Below, one piece after another: positions 1 to 9,885 of a DNA stretch of 64,000 bases. This stretch comes from Acidobacteriota bacterium (lineage in GTDB: Bacteria; Acidobacteriota; UBA4820), in NCBI GenBank assembly GCA_029559035.1, contig JAKQCT010000066.1, positions 64,832 to 128,831 of the forward strand. The letters run 5' to 3'. Made by a program: the position numbers and the translations under genes. Under the pieces are notes generated by a model. It saw nothing but the letters and a program-made list of their open reading frames with translations. It did no database searches and was not told where the DNA came from. The first letter of the stretch is position 1. Every line of letters starts with the position of its first letter.

Positions 1-1
1 G

Positions 2-127
2 GCGAAGCTGGTGGCGAAGAAGGGCGCGCTCCTCAAGGCGATGGTCCCCAAGGGCGAGACGGTCGAAGTCACCGTCCAGAACGTTGACGACGTGACGCAG
101 TCGGAGAAATATTATTTTACGAGGTGA
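2..127 (+). CDS. 3' end (last 41 codons) of a gene that starts upstream of the window; product unknown
   Basis: Frame-2 open reading frame from the window edge to TGA at 125-127 (…VQNVDDVTQSEKYYFTR*). Confidence 0.3.
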   Translation, partial: AKLVAKKGALLKAMVPKGETVEVTVQNVDDVTQSEKYYFTR

Positions 128-135
128 GAAAAGGC

Positions 136-330
136 TTATTTGCTTTCAGGTTTGATTATTTCCAGGTCCTTGCAGATCTTCTCGACAAGCCAGTTGTTGA
201 TCTCCCGGTGTCGGGGAATTGTGGACACCTTTCCTTTTATCCTGTTGACATAGATAGTATGATCAGAGCCTTCCCTCAGGAATTGGCAGCCGTGTTCTTC
301 AAGATGTCTTATCAGGTCTATTCTTTTCAA
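136..330 (-). CDS. hicA: HicA-family toxin (YcfA-like mRNA interferase), copy 1
   Basis: 64 aa, MKRIDLIRHLEEHGCQFLREGSDHTIY…; typical HicA length and motif. Overlaps the upstream hicB stop. Confidence 0.75.
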   Translation of the reverse strand: MKRIDLIRHLEEHGCQFLREGSDHTIYVNRIKGKVSTIPRHREINNWLVEKICKDLEIIKPESK

Positions 331-548
331 GCGGAGAGGCTTAGCTGTTCCCGGATCACTTCTTCTCCGGCAAGCTGAATTTCAGATAGTTCGCGGTTGG
401 CTTCAAGCACGAGCCTGACCGCTTCTTCGAGATTGGTTCTGGTCTCCTCCAGGGTTTCTCCCTGGGTGTTGGCTCCCGGAAGCTCTTCCACGAAGCCGAC
501 ATAACCTTCTTCTACCTTCTTGTAAACCGCGGTGAACATTAACTGCAT
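327..548 (-). CDS. hicB: HicB-family antitoxin (UPF0150), copy 1
   Basis: …MFTAVYKKVEEGYVGFVEELPGANTQGETLEETRTNLEEAVRLVLEAN… matches the HicB N-domain pattern. Start placed at the internal ATG (548); the longer ORF to 638 is probably an overcall. Confidence 0.7.
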   Translation of the reverse strand: MQLMFTAVYKKVEEGYVGFVEELPGANTQGETLEETRTNLEEAVRLVLEANRELSEIQLAGEEVIREQLSLSA

Positions 549-770
549 TTTTAACCTCCACCTATATTGTAGTGCCCGAAGGAGATAAATGCAACGTTTG
601 GGAAGGGAAAAAGGCAGGCAGGCGGGGGCCAGGGGCAAGCAATCCGAATGAACTTTTGTTATCTTGCCCCCGGCCCCCGCCTGCCTGGTCTGGGAAACTA
701 ACTCACAGGAGTCTCATTTCTTTGACATAGTTCCCCTAAAACCTTATATTCTGTTATTAGGAGGAGGAAA

Positions 771-2063
771 GTGCAGAGATTTTCTTTGATCTCCCTAATC
801 GTCTCGCTAATAGTGGCTTTCAATGCCTGTGATGCATATGCCAAGAAACTTATGCCAAAAAAGACAGATCCTGTAATAATCATAGCCGCAGCAAAGGGGG
901 ACATCAAAACACTGAAAAAGCTCGTAGAGCAAGGGGCCGATATAGAAACAAAAGATTCTTTTGAGCGCACACCTTTGTTGTGGGCTGCGATGTCAGGTGA
1001 ATTTGAGGCGGTCAAGTACCTTGTTTCCAACGGTGCAAATATTCATGCAAAAGATAAAATAAATGAAAACACATTGCACGCTGCGGCTCGAGGAGGCACT
1101 GGTGAAATCGCCGAATATTTGATAATGAAAGGACTATTTGCGGATGAAGACGACACACAAGGAAAAACTCCTTTGCACTGTGCAGCGGTGATGGGAAACT
1201 ATGAAGTTGCAAAGGTGTTGATTGACCATGGAGCGAACGTCAATGCCCTTGATAGATTCTTAGGGGTAATGCCGTTGCATGACACTGCTCTCTTGGGAAG
1301 ACCCCACACGATGAAACTGTTGTTGAGCAAAGGAGCAGACGTCAATGCAGTAAATGGTTTCGGGGATACAGTCCTTGGGGTAGCTTGCTCTTCTGGCTGC
1401 AAGGAATGCGTGGAATTATTGCTTGATTATGGAGCAGATTTTGAATATGTTAAAGAAGGAAATGTTGCCATATTGCACAAAGCCGCAGCTGGCGGATTGA
1501 CCGGTATATGCGCCCTTTTACTTTCCAAGGGCGCCGATATTGATGCAAAAGACAGCAGCGGCGAGACCCCTCTGTTTTGGGCCATAAGCAGATGGGCTGA
1601 AGATACAGCCAAATTTTTAATAAAGAGGGGAGCAAGTATCCATATTAAAGACAAGCAGGGATATACTCCACTACAAACTGCCATGTGCCATGCGGAAAAA
1701 AACCTTTGTTATTTTCTTATTTCTTCTGGAGCAGATTTATATTGCAATTCGGGAAATACTACAAATCTCCATCTTGCTGCAGGAGCGGGGTTAAAAGGAA
1801 TATGCAGAAGGCTATTGAAATCTGGTGCAGATGTTAATGCTAAAGATCCAGATGGGGCAACGCCTCTTCATAGCGCCGCCGGCGGAGGCCGGGCGAGCAC
1901 TTGCAGCTACCTCATTTCAAAAGGAGCGAATATAAACGAACAAGACAAAGAAGGGTTGACCCCATTGCATTATGCTGCAAGAGGAGACATTCCACGATTG
2001 AATACGGTAAAAATTCTGGTAAGAAAAGGTGCAGAATTTCAATTAAAGACAATGACGGATTAA
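771..2063 (+). CDS. Secreted/lipoprotein-like ankyrin-repeat protein (~11 ANK repeats)
   Basis: N-terminal signal peptide MQRFSLISLIVSLIVAFNAC. Repeated G-TPLH-AA--G---V-LL--GA-(V/I)NA modules throughout. A further ANK repeat continues in another frame after 2045 (see findings). Confidence 0.8.
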   Translation: MQRFSLISLIVSLIVAFNACDAYAKKLMPKKTDPVIIIAAAKGDIKTLKKLVEQGADIETKDSFERTPLLWAAMSGEFEAVKYLVSNGANIHAKDKINENTLHAAARGGTGEIAEYLIMKGLFADEDDTQGKTPLHCAAVMGNYEVAKVLIDHGANVNALDRFLGVMPLHDTALLGRPHTMKLLLSKGADVNAVNGFGDTVLGVACSSGCKECVELLLDYGADFEYVKEGNVAILHKAAAGGLTGICALLLSKGADIDAKDSSGETPLFWAISRWAEDTAKFLIKRGASIHIKDKQGYTPLQTAMCHAEKNLCYFLISSGADLYCNSGNTTNLHLAAGAGLKGICRRLLKSGADVNAKDPDGATPLHSAAGGGRASTCSYLISKGANINEQDKEGLTPLHYAARGDIPRLNTVKILVRKGAEFQLKTMTD

Positions 2064-2202
2064 CACCCCAAGATCATGCCGAGCTCCGAGAAGTTGCTGA
2101 TTATCTAACGTCTGTCGAAAAAGGCGGCAGGCCTTAACCTGCTGCAATACTTAAAGATCACTTCATAAAAATTGCTTCAAAATCTCTCGTGATGGCGCCC
2201 CG

Positions 2203-3630
2203 CTATCCCTTCAGCACGGCCAGCGGCCTCATCTTTGCGACGACCTTTGCGAGCTTCGCGCCCTCGACGACCCTGATCACCTCGTCTATGTCCTTGTAGG
2301 CCTGGGGGGCTTCCTCCTTGATGGTGTGCCTGTTTTCGCAGATGAGGGTGATACCCTCCATCGAGCGGTTGAACTCCTCGTCGGTTATCGCGCCCTCTCT
2401 AAGGACCTTCCCGTCGCGGTGGCGCACCTTCCCGGCCGCCTGGGTCCTGCTCATCCTTCGGCCCGCCCCGTGGTTCGTGGAGCAGAGCGCGCGGTCGTTC
2501 TCCTCTATCCCGGCGAGAAGGTAGGAGAACGATCCCATCGAACCGGGAATCAGCACGGGCTGTCCCGTCTCCCTGTAACATCCTGCGGACATCCTCGACG
2601 GGGCGAAGGCCCGCGTCGCCCCCTTCCTGTGTACCCACAGCTCCTGACCGAAGTGAGTCTCCGGTTTCGCGATGTTGTGCGGGACGTCGTAAAGGAGCTC
2701 TAAATTCGCGTCCCTGCAATGATGGAAGAAGTTCTTTTTCACCAGAGCGGCCATCGCGTGCCTGTTGGCGAAAGCGAGATTCGCCCCCGCGCGCATCGCG
2801 CCGACGTAGTCCCGTCCCTCTTTCCTGTCGAGCGGGATGTAGCAGAGCTGGCTGGAAGGGTGGGGCTCGCCGTAGCTTCTTGACCTCGCGAATGACATGT
2901 AATCCTCGCCGATCTGGTGGCCGAAGCCGCGGCTTCCCGAGTGGATCATCACGAGAAGCTGGCCTTCGCTTATGCCCCACGCCGCAGCCGTCGCTTCGTC
3001 CCCGACCGAGACCACCTCCTGCAGTTCTATGAAGTGGTTGCCTCCGCCCAGAGTGCCAAGCTGGTTCCGCCCCCGATCTTTCGCCCTCGGCGAGACGGCA
3101 GCGGGGTCGCCCTCCATGGAGCCTCCGTCCTCGATAAGGTTCCTGAGTTCGCTCTTCTCGTGAGGGTCCATGAAATCCCACGCCGGGTGGTCCTTCCGGG
3201 AGATTTCGTAGAGCGCCGGAACCCCGGCTTCAAGGACGAGGTCGAACTCCTCCCTGCTCAGGCGGATGTTCTCCTTCCCCTCGCCGAGCGGGATGTCCCT
3301 TCTTATCGACCTCGCGAGCATCGAAGCGTCCACATCGCGGGCAGTCAGGTTCGTTCTCAGCACCCTCATGCCGCAGTTGATGTCGTAGCCGACAGCGGCG
3401 GGGATGATCACTTCCGATGTGGCGAGGACGCACCCTATCGGGACGCCGTAACCGACGTGGATGTCGGGTGTCGCCACGACCTTCCTGACCGAAGGGACCC
3501 TGCACGCGTCGACGAGTTGGCTCAGCGAATCAGCTTCCAGCCTGATGCTTTCGGAGACGAAAAGGGTCGCCTCGACCCTCATGTCGTCCTTCCTCGGAAT
3601 GTTCGCCTCGAACGCCGACCTTCTTTCCAT
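2203..3630 (-). CDS. rtcB: RNA-splicing ligase RtcB (3'-phosphate/5'-OH RNA ligase)
   Basis: Conserved RtcB blocks: NHFIELQ, GSMGSxSY, HGAGR, CENRHT. Start set at the internal Met (MERRSAFE…) because the 514-aa ORF has a non-homologous N-extension. Confidence 0.9.
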   Translation of the reverse strand: MERRSAFEANIPRKDDMRVEATLFVSESIRLEADSLSQLVDACRVPSVRKVVATPDIHVGYGVPIGCVLATSEVIIPAAVGYDINCGMRVLRTNLTARDVDASMLARSIRRDIPLGEGKENIRLSREEFDLVLEAGVPALYEISRKDHPAWDFMDPHEKSELRNLIEDGGSMEGDPAAVSPRAKDRGRNQLGTLGGGNHFIELQEVVSVGDEATAAAWGISEGQLLVMIHSGSRGFGHQIGEDYMSFARSRSYGEPHPSSQLCYIPLDRKEGRDYVGAMRAGANLAFANRHAMAALVKKNFFHHCRDANLELLYDVPHNIAKPETHFGQELWVHRKGATRAFAPSRMSAGCYRETGQPVLIPGSMGSFSYLLAGIEENDRALCSTNHGAGRRMSRTQAAGKVRHRDGKVLREGAITDEEFNRSMEGITLICENRHTIKEEAPQAYKDIDEVIRVVEGAKLAKVVAKMRPLAVLKG

Positions 3631-3805
3631 TCGTCCCTCAAGAGCAATATAGGGCCAATGCCTCCGCGATGCAACAGGTGCCCGGATCGATATTCGTCGA
3701 TAAGGATGTATAATGGGATCTGGAGAGATACAGGCGCCCGAACTCAACCGGCTGCGGCAGCATCGAACGCGCGCCGAAACAGGGTCCGCTTGAAGGGGGG
3801 AAACA

Positions 3806-6102
3806 TGAGCTGTCCGGCAGGTCTGGCAACAACCGATCTTTCAATTGTAACCCGCAAATCGTTGGTCTGTTTTATGAAGCTGCTGTTGATCGTCCTCGTG
3901 GCGGTCCAGATGAGCGTTCTCGCCCAGGCCGGCGCGGACGGCATAACCCTCGGCATGGGGCAAACGGTCACTGTGAACATCCGGGACTTGGGGACGATCC
4001 TCGCGGTCACCGGAGTCGAACCCGGAGTCAGCGGCAAGGATGGAGCAATTGAGTTCAGTCTGAGCACGATGGGGCAGATGCGTGTGCTCGCGATCTATAA
4101 CAGGACGGGCCGATCGCTGACTTACAGGTGTTTTCTGAAAAGAGGGTCGATGATCGTCGAGACCAACGTGCTTCCGCTGTACGATATGTCGAACATGAAA
4201 CTGAAAGAGACGCCGGCGATGCTGGAGACCTGGCAGGAGCCTTTTGACGCGGTGATCATAAGGGATATCGCCAAATTGAACGACGGTAAAGAAGGGTCGG
4301 AGGAGAAACCCGTGAATGCGCCGGAAACATCTCACCCGCCTGTCGAGAAACTTTCCCCCGAAGCTGTCTCGGGGATGGAAAGATCACTCTCCGCGGCGAG
4401 GCTTTTGTATGAAATGGATACCGCGGGATGGGCGGGAACAGACATGCTTGTGCCTGCACTCCAGGTTAATGCCGGAGAACTTCCGGGGGACGTCAGGGAT
4501 GTCCGTTATGTGGTTTGGAGGGATGAAGGCAGGTGGAGAATCATTTTCTATTATGAGAACTACGCCGGAGATCGTCACCCGATCGTTTCAGCCTCACTGG
4601 ACCAGCCCCTGACAAGGTCAAGCCGTGGAGAGCAGCACCTTTTTGACCTGAAGAAAAAAGAGACGCTGGGCGAGAACGCGGAGTCGCTTGCAAATCTTAA
4701 CCGAAAAGGGGCGTCCCTTTTCGACAAGGCGCTGGGTTTCGCTCTGGCACCCCCTTTCAACTCCTACGCTTTCAAGGCGGAGGATGGAACATTCTGGTTC
4801 TACGCGGTTGCGGGGGACGAGAATTTTTCCGATGCGAGGATAGGGCCCACATACGCCGTTCACTTTGACAGGGATCTTGAAAAAGTGCTTGAAGAAAGGC
4901 GGTCGGTTACAGAGAAGCAGTCGTTCCCGCTGATGGTAAGGGGAGGCGGGACAAGCGCCCCCGGGAAACCTGTGCTGAAGCTCGCCTCGCCTTACATTGA
5001 GAGCGAAGTGATGTTGTTCGTGATGCTGCATCCGGAGCTATCCCCCCTGGTCGCAGTATCTCCCGCGGGGACATGGGTCCTGCGCGCCGGAGTAATGCCC
5101 GAGTTCCGCGCAGGCGAACCGGCAGAATCCGTCATAGCCTCCCTCTCGAAAACACCGTCCCTCCCCGGAGGACCGCCTCCGCCAATTTCCGGAGAACGGT
5201 CAGATACGCCCGGAAAAGCGCAGATGGAAGAGATCCGGGGCCAGATCAGGAACAGGGCGGCGGCGATGTTTTTCACTTCATACATGATAAGGGAGGCAAA
5301 AAAAGCCGTCGCTGGCGGTGTTGACTGTCCCGCCTTTCCTGAGCCTCACGATGTGTTGATAGACGTTCAGGGAGACAACGAGTTCTTTGTCTACTTCGTT
5401 CCTGCCGGCTCATTCTTTCCGTGCATGGCTGTCCGGCCTTCAGGCCCCTTCGGACCGGCGAACGATTGGAAATTCGAAATATTGAAAAATGTGCCGGCGC
5501 CGTCGAAGATCTTCAGGACGAACCTGTCGCTTGTGAGATCCGCGAGAACGAGAGTGGACGAGTTCCTGGGTCCCGGAACTCACATTTACTTCCCCGTTCT
5601 CGAGAATGATGAGATCGGACAAGTTTACGCCTGGTCGGAAATGACTCGCGACGCGGAGATTGGAAAGGGACAGGACCTTTGGCTCGTAGGTTCGTGCGTC
5701 AATATGGTGTTCATAGGCACCGGAGGGATCTTTTCGATAGCAGGGGAATCGGTCATTGATGCGACCACTCCGGGCTGGGATATAAGAGGTCTGAAGAAGG
5801 AAGGGCCTTTCGGGATAATTTCCGCAGCCGACTCTGACAACGGTTATTTCTCCGAGTTCGAGATCCTGCGATGCAGGCTGAACGGCTGGCTCTGTCCGAG
5901 ATTAATGAAGTCGGGCTCCGAGTGGGTCGTGGTCAACAGGGATGGTTCATACAAGTTTCTCGAAAAGAAGGAAGCGAAAAAGATCAAATCCCTGCCCGCA
6001 GAGATGTTTCCATCAAAGATCTTCGTGAATAAAAACCTTGAGGAATACAGTAAGGGTTCTCCTTCCATACTGAACGTAGGAGAAAAACCGGGAAAGAAAT
6101 AG
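3806..6102 (+). CDS. Large secreted hypothetical protein (~765 aa) with N-terminal signal peptide
   Basis: GGGGG Shine-Dalgarno 5 nt upstream of ATG 3806. Hydrophobic h-region KLLLIVLVAVQMSVLAQA. No recognisable catalytic motifs. The upstream part of the 1061-aa ORF overlaps rtcB antisense and was discarded. Confidence 0.55.
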
Positions 6103-6183
6103 AGGCATCGCCGGATTTGTCCCGCTCTAGCTTCCCGGCCAGATCCTCCCGCTTCTCTGATATAATGCCGGAGGGAGGCGTCA

Positions 6184-6465
6184 ATGAAATATCTCGCGGG
6201 TATCGGCTCCGCTCTGCTTCTTCAGGTCGCGGTGACTCTTCTGGTGATCAGGGTGACTGCAGGCGGAGGATCGTTCGTGGGGCTCATCGCGTTCTTGTCG
6301 GCAATCTACGGAATACCCGCCACTCTCGTCGTAAATCTTCTGCTCATCAGGATCTTTTCTCAAAAGCCCCTGAAGACTCATGTCATCCGCTCCTTGCTGG
6401 TCGGGCTCGTTCTTCCCGCCTTCCAGCTGGGGCTTTTCGCGGCAGTGAAATATTTCAGGCTTTGA
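6184..6465 (+). CDS. Small hydrophobic membrane protein (3 predicted TM helices)
   Basis: GGAGG RBS 6 nt upstream; 93 aa almost entirely hydrophobic. Confidence 0.45.
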   Translation: MKYLAGIGSALLLQVAVTLLVIRVTAGGGSFVGLIAFLSAIYGIPATLVVNLLLIRIFSQKPLKTHVIRSLLVGLVLPAFQLGLFAAVKYFRL

Positions 6466-6607
6466 GCTCGAGACGTCGCATCGGAATGCCGGGGACACAT
6501 CGTCGGGAAGCTGTAATCTCTACCCTGGAACTTGACGGAATCGCCATATAAGAGCAGAATAAAAATGTCAGAGGTCTGGGGGTGATCGATCGAAAGGGAG
6601 GATCCCG

Positions 6608-7582
6608 ATGGCGCAGCAGTCGCTTCCGGTGACAAGGGAGGACCTTCTAGTAAGACGGGCGAAGCTCGAAAAGTCCCTTGCCGTCTTCACGGATGATCAT
6701 CAGATAACAAGCCTCATCGACGAGGTCGACTCCGCCCTCGAAAGGATGGACGCGGGAACTTACGGCCTCTGCGAGACCTGCCACGAGCCGATAGAGGACG
6801 AGTACCTTGCGGCGGACCCTCTCGCCAGGTTCTGCATCGAACACCTTTCGACGGCGGAAAAGGACGCGCTCACCAGCGATCTTCTTCTCGCGTCGCAGAT
6901 CCAGGCCGGGCTTCTCCCACAGCAGGGGCTTTGCGCGGCGGGATGGGAGACGGCCTACCTCTACAGGCCCGCGAAGATCGTCGGCGGCGACTACTGCGAC
7001 CTGCTGGTCCACGACGGCAGGCTTTATTTCGCGGTGGGCGATGTGAGCGGAAAAGGCGTTTCGGCGGGACTCCTCATGTCGCACCTTCACGCGACCTTCC
7101 GTGCGCTGGTCGCGCAGGACCTTCCCCTGAACGAGATCCTTTTCCGCGCGAGCCGCGTCTTCTGCGAAAGCTCCCTCAGCGAAAGGTTCGCCACTCTCGC
7201 CTGCGGGATCGCGCGGGACGACGGTCGCGTCGAATTCGCGATAGCCGGCCATACGCCGGTGCTCGTCGCCGGAGCTTCGGGGGTTCAGAAGATCAAGGCG
7301 ACTGGCCTGCCGCTCGGACTGTTCTGCGAGGAACGGTTCTTCACCACCGGGACGAGCCTCGCTCCGGGCGACACGATACTTCTCTACACCGACGGCCTAA
7401 CCGAAGCCGAAAGCCCTTCCGGAGAGGAGTTCGGCATAGACAGGCTCATCGATTGCATCAACCCCGGGAACATTTCATCCCCCCAGGGGACCATAGATGC
7501 CTGCGTCAGGGAGATGGAGGGTTTCAGGAAAAGCAGGAAGCAGAGCGACGACCTCACCATACTGGCGCTGAGAAAAGTCTGA
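6608..7582 (+). CDS. PP2C-type (SpoIIE/RsbU-like) serine phosphatase with N-terminal DksA/TraR C4 zinc finger
   Basis: CETCHEPIEDEYLAADPLARFCIEH zinc-ribbon (DksA/TraR type), followed by PP2C motifs GDVSGKG…, …DGLTEA…, DDLTILALRK. Confidence 0.8.
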   Translation: MAQQSLPVTREDLLVRRAKLEKSLAVFTDDHQITSLIDEVDSALERMDAGTYGLCETCHEPIEDEYLAADPLARFCIEHLSTAEKDALTSDLLLASQIQAGLLPQQGLCAAGWETAYLYRPAKIVGGDYCDLLVHDGRLYFAVGDVSGKGVSAGLLMSHLHATFRALVAQDLPLNEILFRASRVFCESSLSERFATLACGIARDDGRVEFAIAGHTPVLVAGASGVQKIKATGLPLGLFCEERFFTTGTSLAPGDTILLYTDGLTEAESPSGEEFGIDRLIDCINPGNISSPQGTIDACVREMEGFRKSRKQSDDLTILALRKV

Positions 7583-7662
7583 TCTCTGCTTTGACCGCAC
7601 CTTGAGAGCGCGACGATCCGCGCTCTTCGGCATAAGTTTCCTTTAAGGGAGGGATATAACAG

Positions 7663-8634
7663 ATGAGCATGATCTTCCTGCTTCTGCTGGCGGCCGGGAT
7701 AACCTCTTTCATCGTCGGATTTCAGATCACCAAGCTTCCCCAGCCGGACTCCTCAATCATAAAGGCGGGGGAATTGCTGGAAAAGGCGGAGGCGGCATAC
7801 GGCGAGGGAAGCCCCGAGATCGTCCCCTTCCTTTACACTCTCGCCGAGAGGATCATAAAACACCAGAAGAACTACGAAGTGGCATTTCCATACATTGAGA
7901 GAGCCTTCGTCATCAGAAGCAGGCTGGGAGAACCGGAGAGCCTCGAAATGGCCGCAGCTCTTCAGAGGACGGGCGAATGCGCACTTTTCATGGGAAACAC
8001 GCTGCTCGCGGAAGAGAGGACATCGAAAGCGCTCGCGATAAGGCGCGCCAGGCTAGGCGACGACCACCCGATGACCGGGCAGTGCTGGGCGGTGGCGACC
8101 ATGCTCGAACTGCTGAAAGCTCGGCCCGGGATCCAGCCGGTCATGCTGCGTTCGATCATTTCGGTTAACCCGATGATTCCTGCGGCGATGCCGCCGGCCG
8201 CGAAGGAAAATGCGGAAAAGACGCTCGTCTGCATCGATAGAGCTCGCAAGGAGGTTTGGGGTGCCGTGAGCCAGCCGGAGACCACTTTCGGTTACGACGC
8301 CGCCTGGAACGCTTTTGCGAATTGCGATCCCCTTTACGACGAATATATGAAAGCAGTGGATGCGCTGAAAAAAGGTCCGCTGGTTCCCGGCGCCCCGGCC
8401 CAGAATTGTTTCATCGCGACGGCGGTCTACGGCTCTTCTGACTGTCCCGAAGTCCTCTCGTTAAGGAGTTTCAGGGACCGGAAGCTTGCTCCGACGGCCC
8501 CCGGAAGGGTATTCATCGCGTTTTACGGCGCTGTGGGGCCCATCGCGGCGGCGCTTGTCAGGAACCGCCCCGTTCCGAGAAAGCTCTGCCGGATGATCCT
8601 CGATCCTCTCGCAAAGAGATTGGGCCGAGGATAA
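7663..8634 (+). CDS. Membrane-anchored TPR-like protein with conserved C-terminal CFIATAVYGS…LRxFRD module
   Basis: N-terminal TM helix, helical-repeat middle, C-terminal CFIATAVYGSSDCPEVLSLRSFRDRKL… motif. Confidence 0.6.
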   Translation: MSMIFLLLLAAGITSFIVGFQITKLPQPDSSIIKAGELLEKAEAAYGEGSPEIVPFLYTLAERIIKHQKNYEVAFPYIERAFVIRSRLGEPESLEMAAALQRTGECALFMGNTLLAEERTSKALAIRRARLGDDHPMTGQCWAVATMLELLKARPGIQPVMLRSIISVNPMIPAAMPPAAKENAEKTLVCIDRARKEVWGAVSQPETTFGYDAAWNAFANCDPLYDEYMKAVDALKKGPLVPGAPAQNCFIATAVYGSSDCPEVLSLRSFRDRKLAPTAPGRVFIAFYGAVGPIAAALVRNRPVPRKLCRMILDPLAKRLGRG

Positions 8635-8709
8635 GGAGGAGCCAGATCAGAAGCTGAAGGAATCAAACCGGCCACCGGTCGGTTAAGGCGATAAAGGAAG
8701 GCGGTACAA

Positions 8710-9849
8710 ATGACCGGACAAACAAAAACCTCTTTGCCCGAGGAGCTTCTTCTAATCATACTCGATTCGGTTCCGATCCCCGTCTTCATTAAGGGAGCTG
8801 ACCTTCGTTATATCGACGCCAACAAGGCCTGCGCCGATTTCTTCGGACAGGCCAAGGATTACCTGATCGGCAAAACCGCTTTCGATATACTTCCGAAAGA
8901 GCAGGCGGAGATGATCAATCAAAAGGACCTGGAACTCCTGAAAAAGGGAGGCAAGCAGGTCTACGAAGCCGAGCTTAACGATTTCTTCGGGACCGTCCAC
9001 CAGGTCGTCTATCACAAGAAGGTCTTCAGGGACGCCGAGGGAAAAATAGCGGGGATCATCGCCGTGCTTCTGGATATCACCGAACAGAAGATCGCGGAAG
9101 TCAAGCTCAAGGATAACGAAAGGCGCTTCAGGAGCCTTTACGAGAACGCGGTCCTGGGAATATTCCGTTCTACGCCCGAGGGGAAGTTCCTGCTGGCGAA
9201 CCCCGCTTTCGTGGGGATGCTGGGTTACGACTCCTTCAGCGAACTAGCCGCCCTCGATATCGGGCGGGAGGTATACAAGGACCCTGAAAACCGGAATCTG
9301 TTCAGGGAGTCCATGGACAGGACCGGAGAAGTGATAGGCTTCGAAACCGAATGGAAAAGAAGGGACGGAACCATCTGCTTCGTAAGGGAAAGCGCGCGGG
9401 TAATAAAGGACTCTAAAGGCAAGACGATGTATTACGAGGGGACCGCCGAGGACATAACCGAAAAGAAGAAGGCGGAAATGACCCTGCGGGCCCTCGCCCG
9501 GCGCCAGGAAGCGCTTCTCTCGGCGATCCCCGAAATGATCATGGAAGTGGACAACAACAAGGTCTACAGGTGGGCGAACCGGAACGGGCTCGATTTCTTC
9601 GGCGATGACTGCATCGGAAAAGAAGCCGCGTACTATTTCGAAGGCGAACAGAAGGTGTACGAGACGGTCCAGCCTCTTTTCGAAGGAAGCGAAGAGGTGA
9701 TCCGCGTCGAAAGCTGGCAGAGAAGGAAGGACGGCGAAAAGCGCCTTCTCGCCTGGTACTGCACGACGCTCAGGGATGACAGCGGAAAAGTCACCGGAGC
9801 CCTCTCGTCCGCGAGGGACATAACGGATATAAGGAAAGATCACCGCTGA
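8710..9849 (+). CDS. PAS-domain sensor protein (three tandem PAS/PAC domains, no output domain)
   Basis: Three PAS-like modules separated by coiled linkers (…ITEQKIAEVKLKDNERRFRSLYENA…; …ITEKKKAEMTLRALARRQEALLSAIPE…). Confidence 0.8.
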   Translation: MTGQTKTSLPEELLLIILDSVPIPVFIKGADLRYIDANKACADFFGQAKDYLIGKTAFDILPKEQAEMINQKDLELLKKGGKQVYEAELNDFFGTVHQVVYHKKVFRDAEGKIAGIIAVLLDITEQKIAEVKLKDNERRFRSLYENAVLGIFRSTPEGKFLLANPAFVGMLGYDSFSELAALDIGREVYKDPENRNLFRESMDRTGEVIGFETEWKRRDGTICFVRESARVIKDSKGKTMYYEGTAEDITEKKKAEMTLRALARRQEALLSAIPEMIMEVDNNKVYRWANRNGLDFFGDDCIGKEAAYYFEGEQKVYETVQPLFEGSEEVIRVESWQRRKDGEKRLLAWYCTTLRDDSGKVTGALSSARDITDIRKDHR

Positions 9850-9885
9850 GTCAAACGATTTCTGCTTTCAACATTGGAGGCTTTG

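Noticed and set aside
2917-3805. N-terminal 300 codons of the 1061-aa + strand ORF overlapping rtcB on the opposite strand
   Set aside because: This is a GC-driven open frame antisense to a well-supported rtcB. The real gene begins at the RBS-preceded ATG 3806 with a signal peptide.
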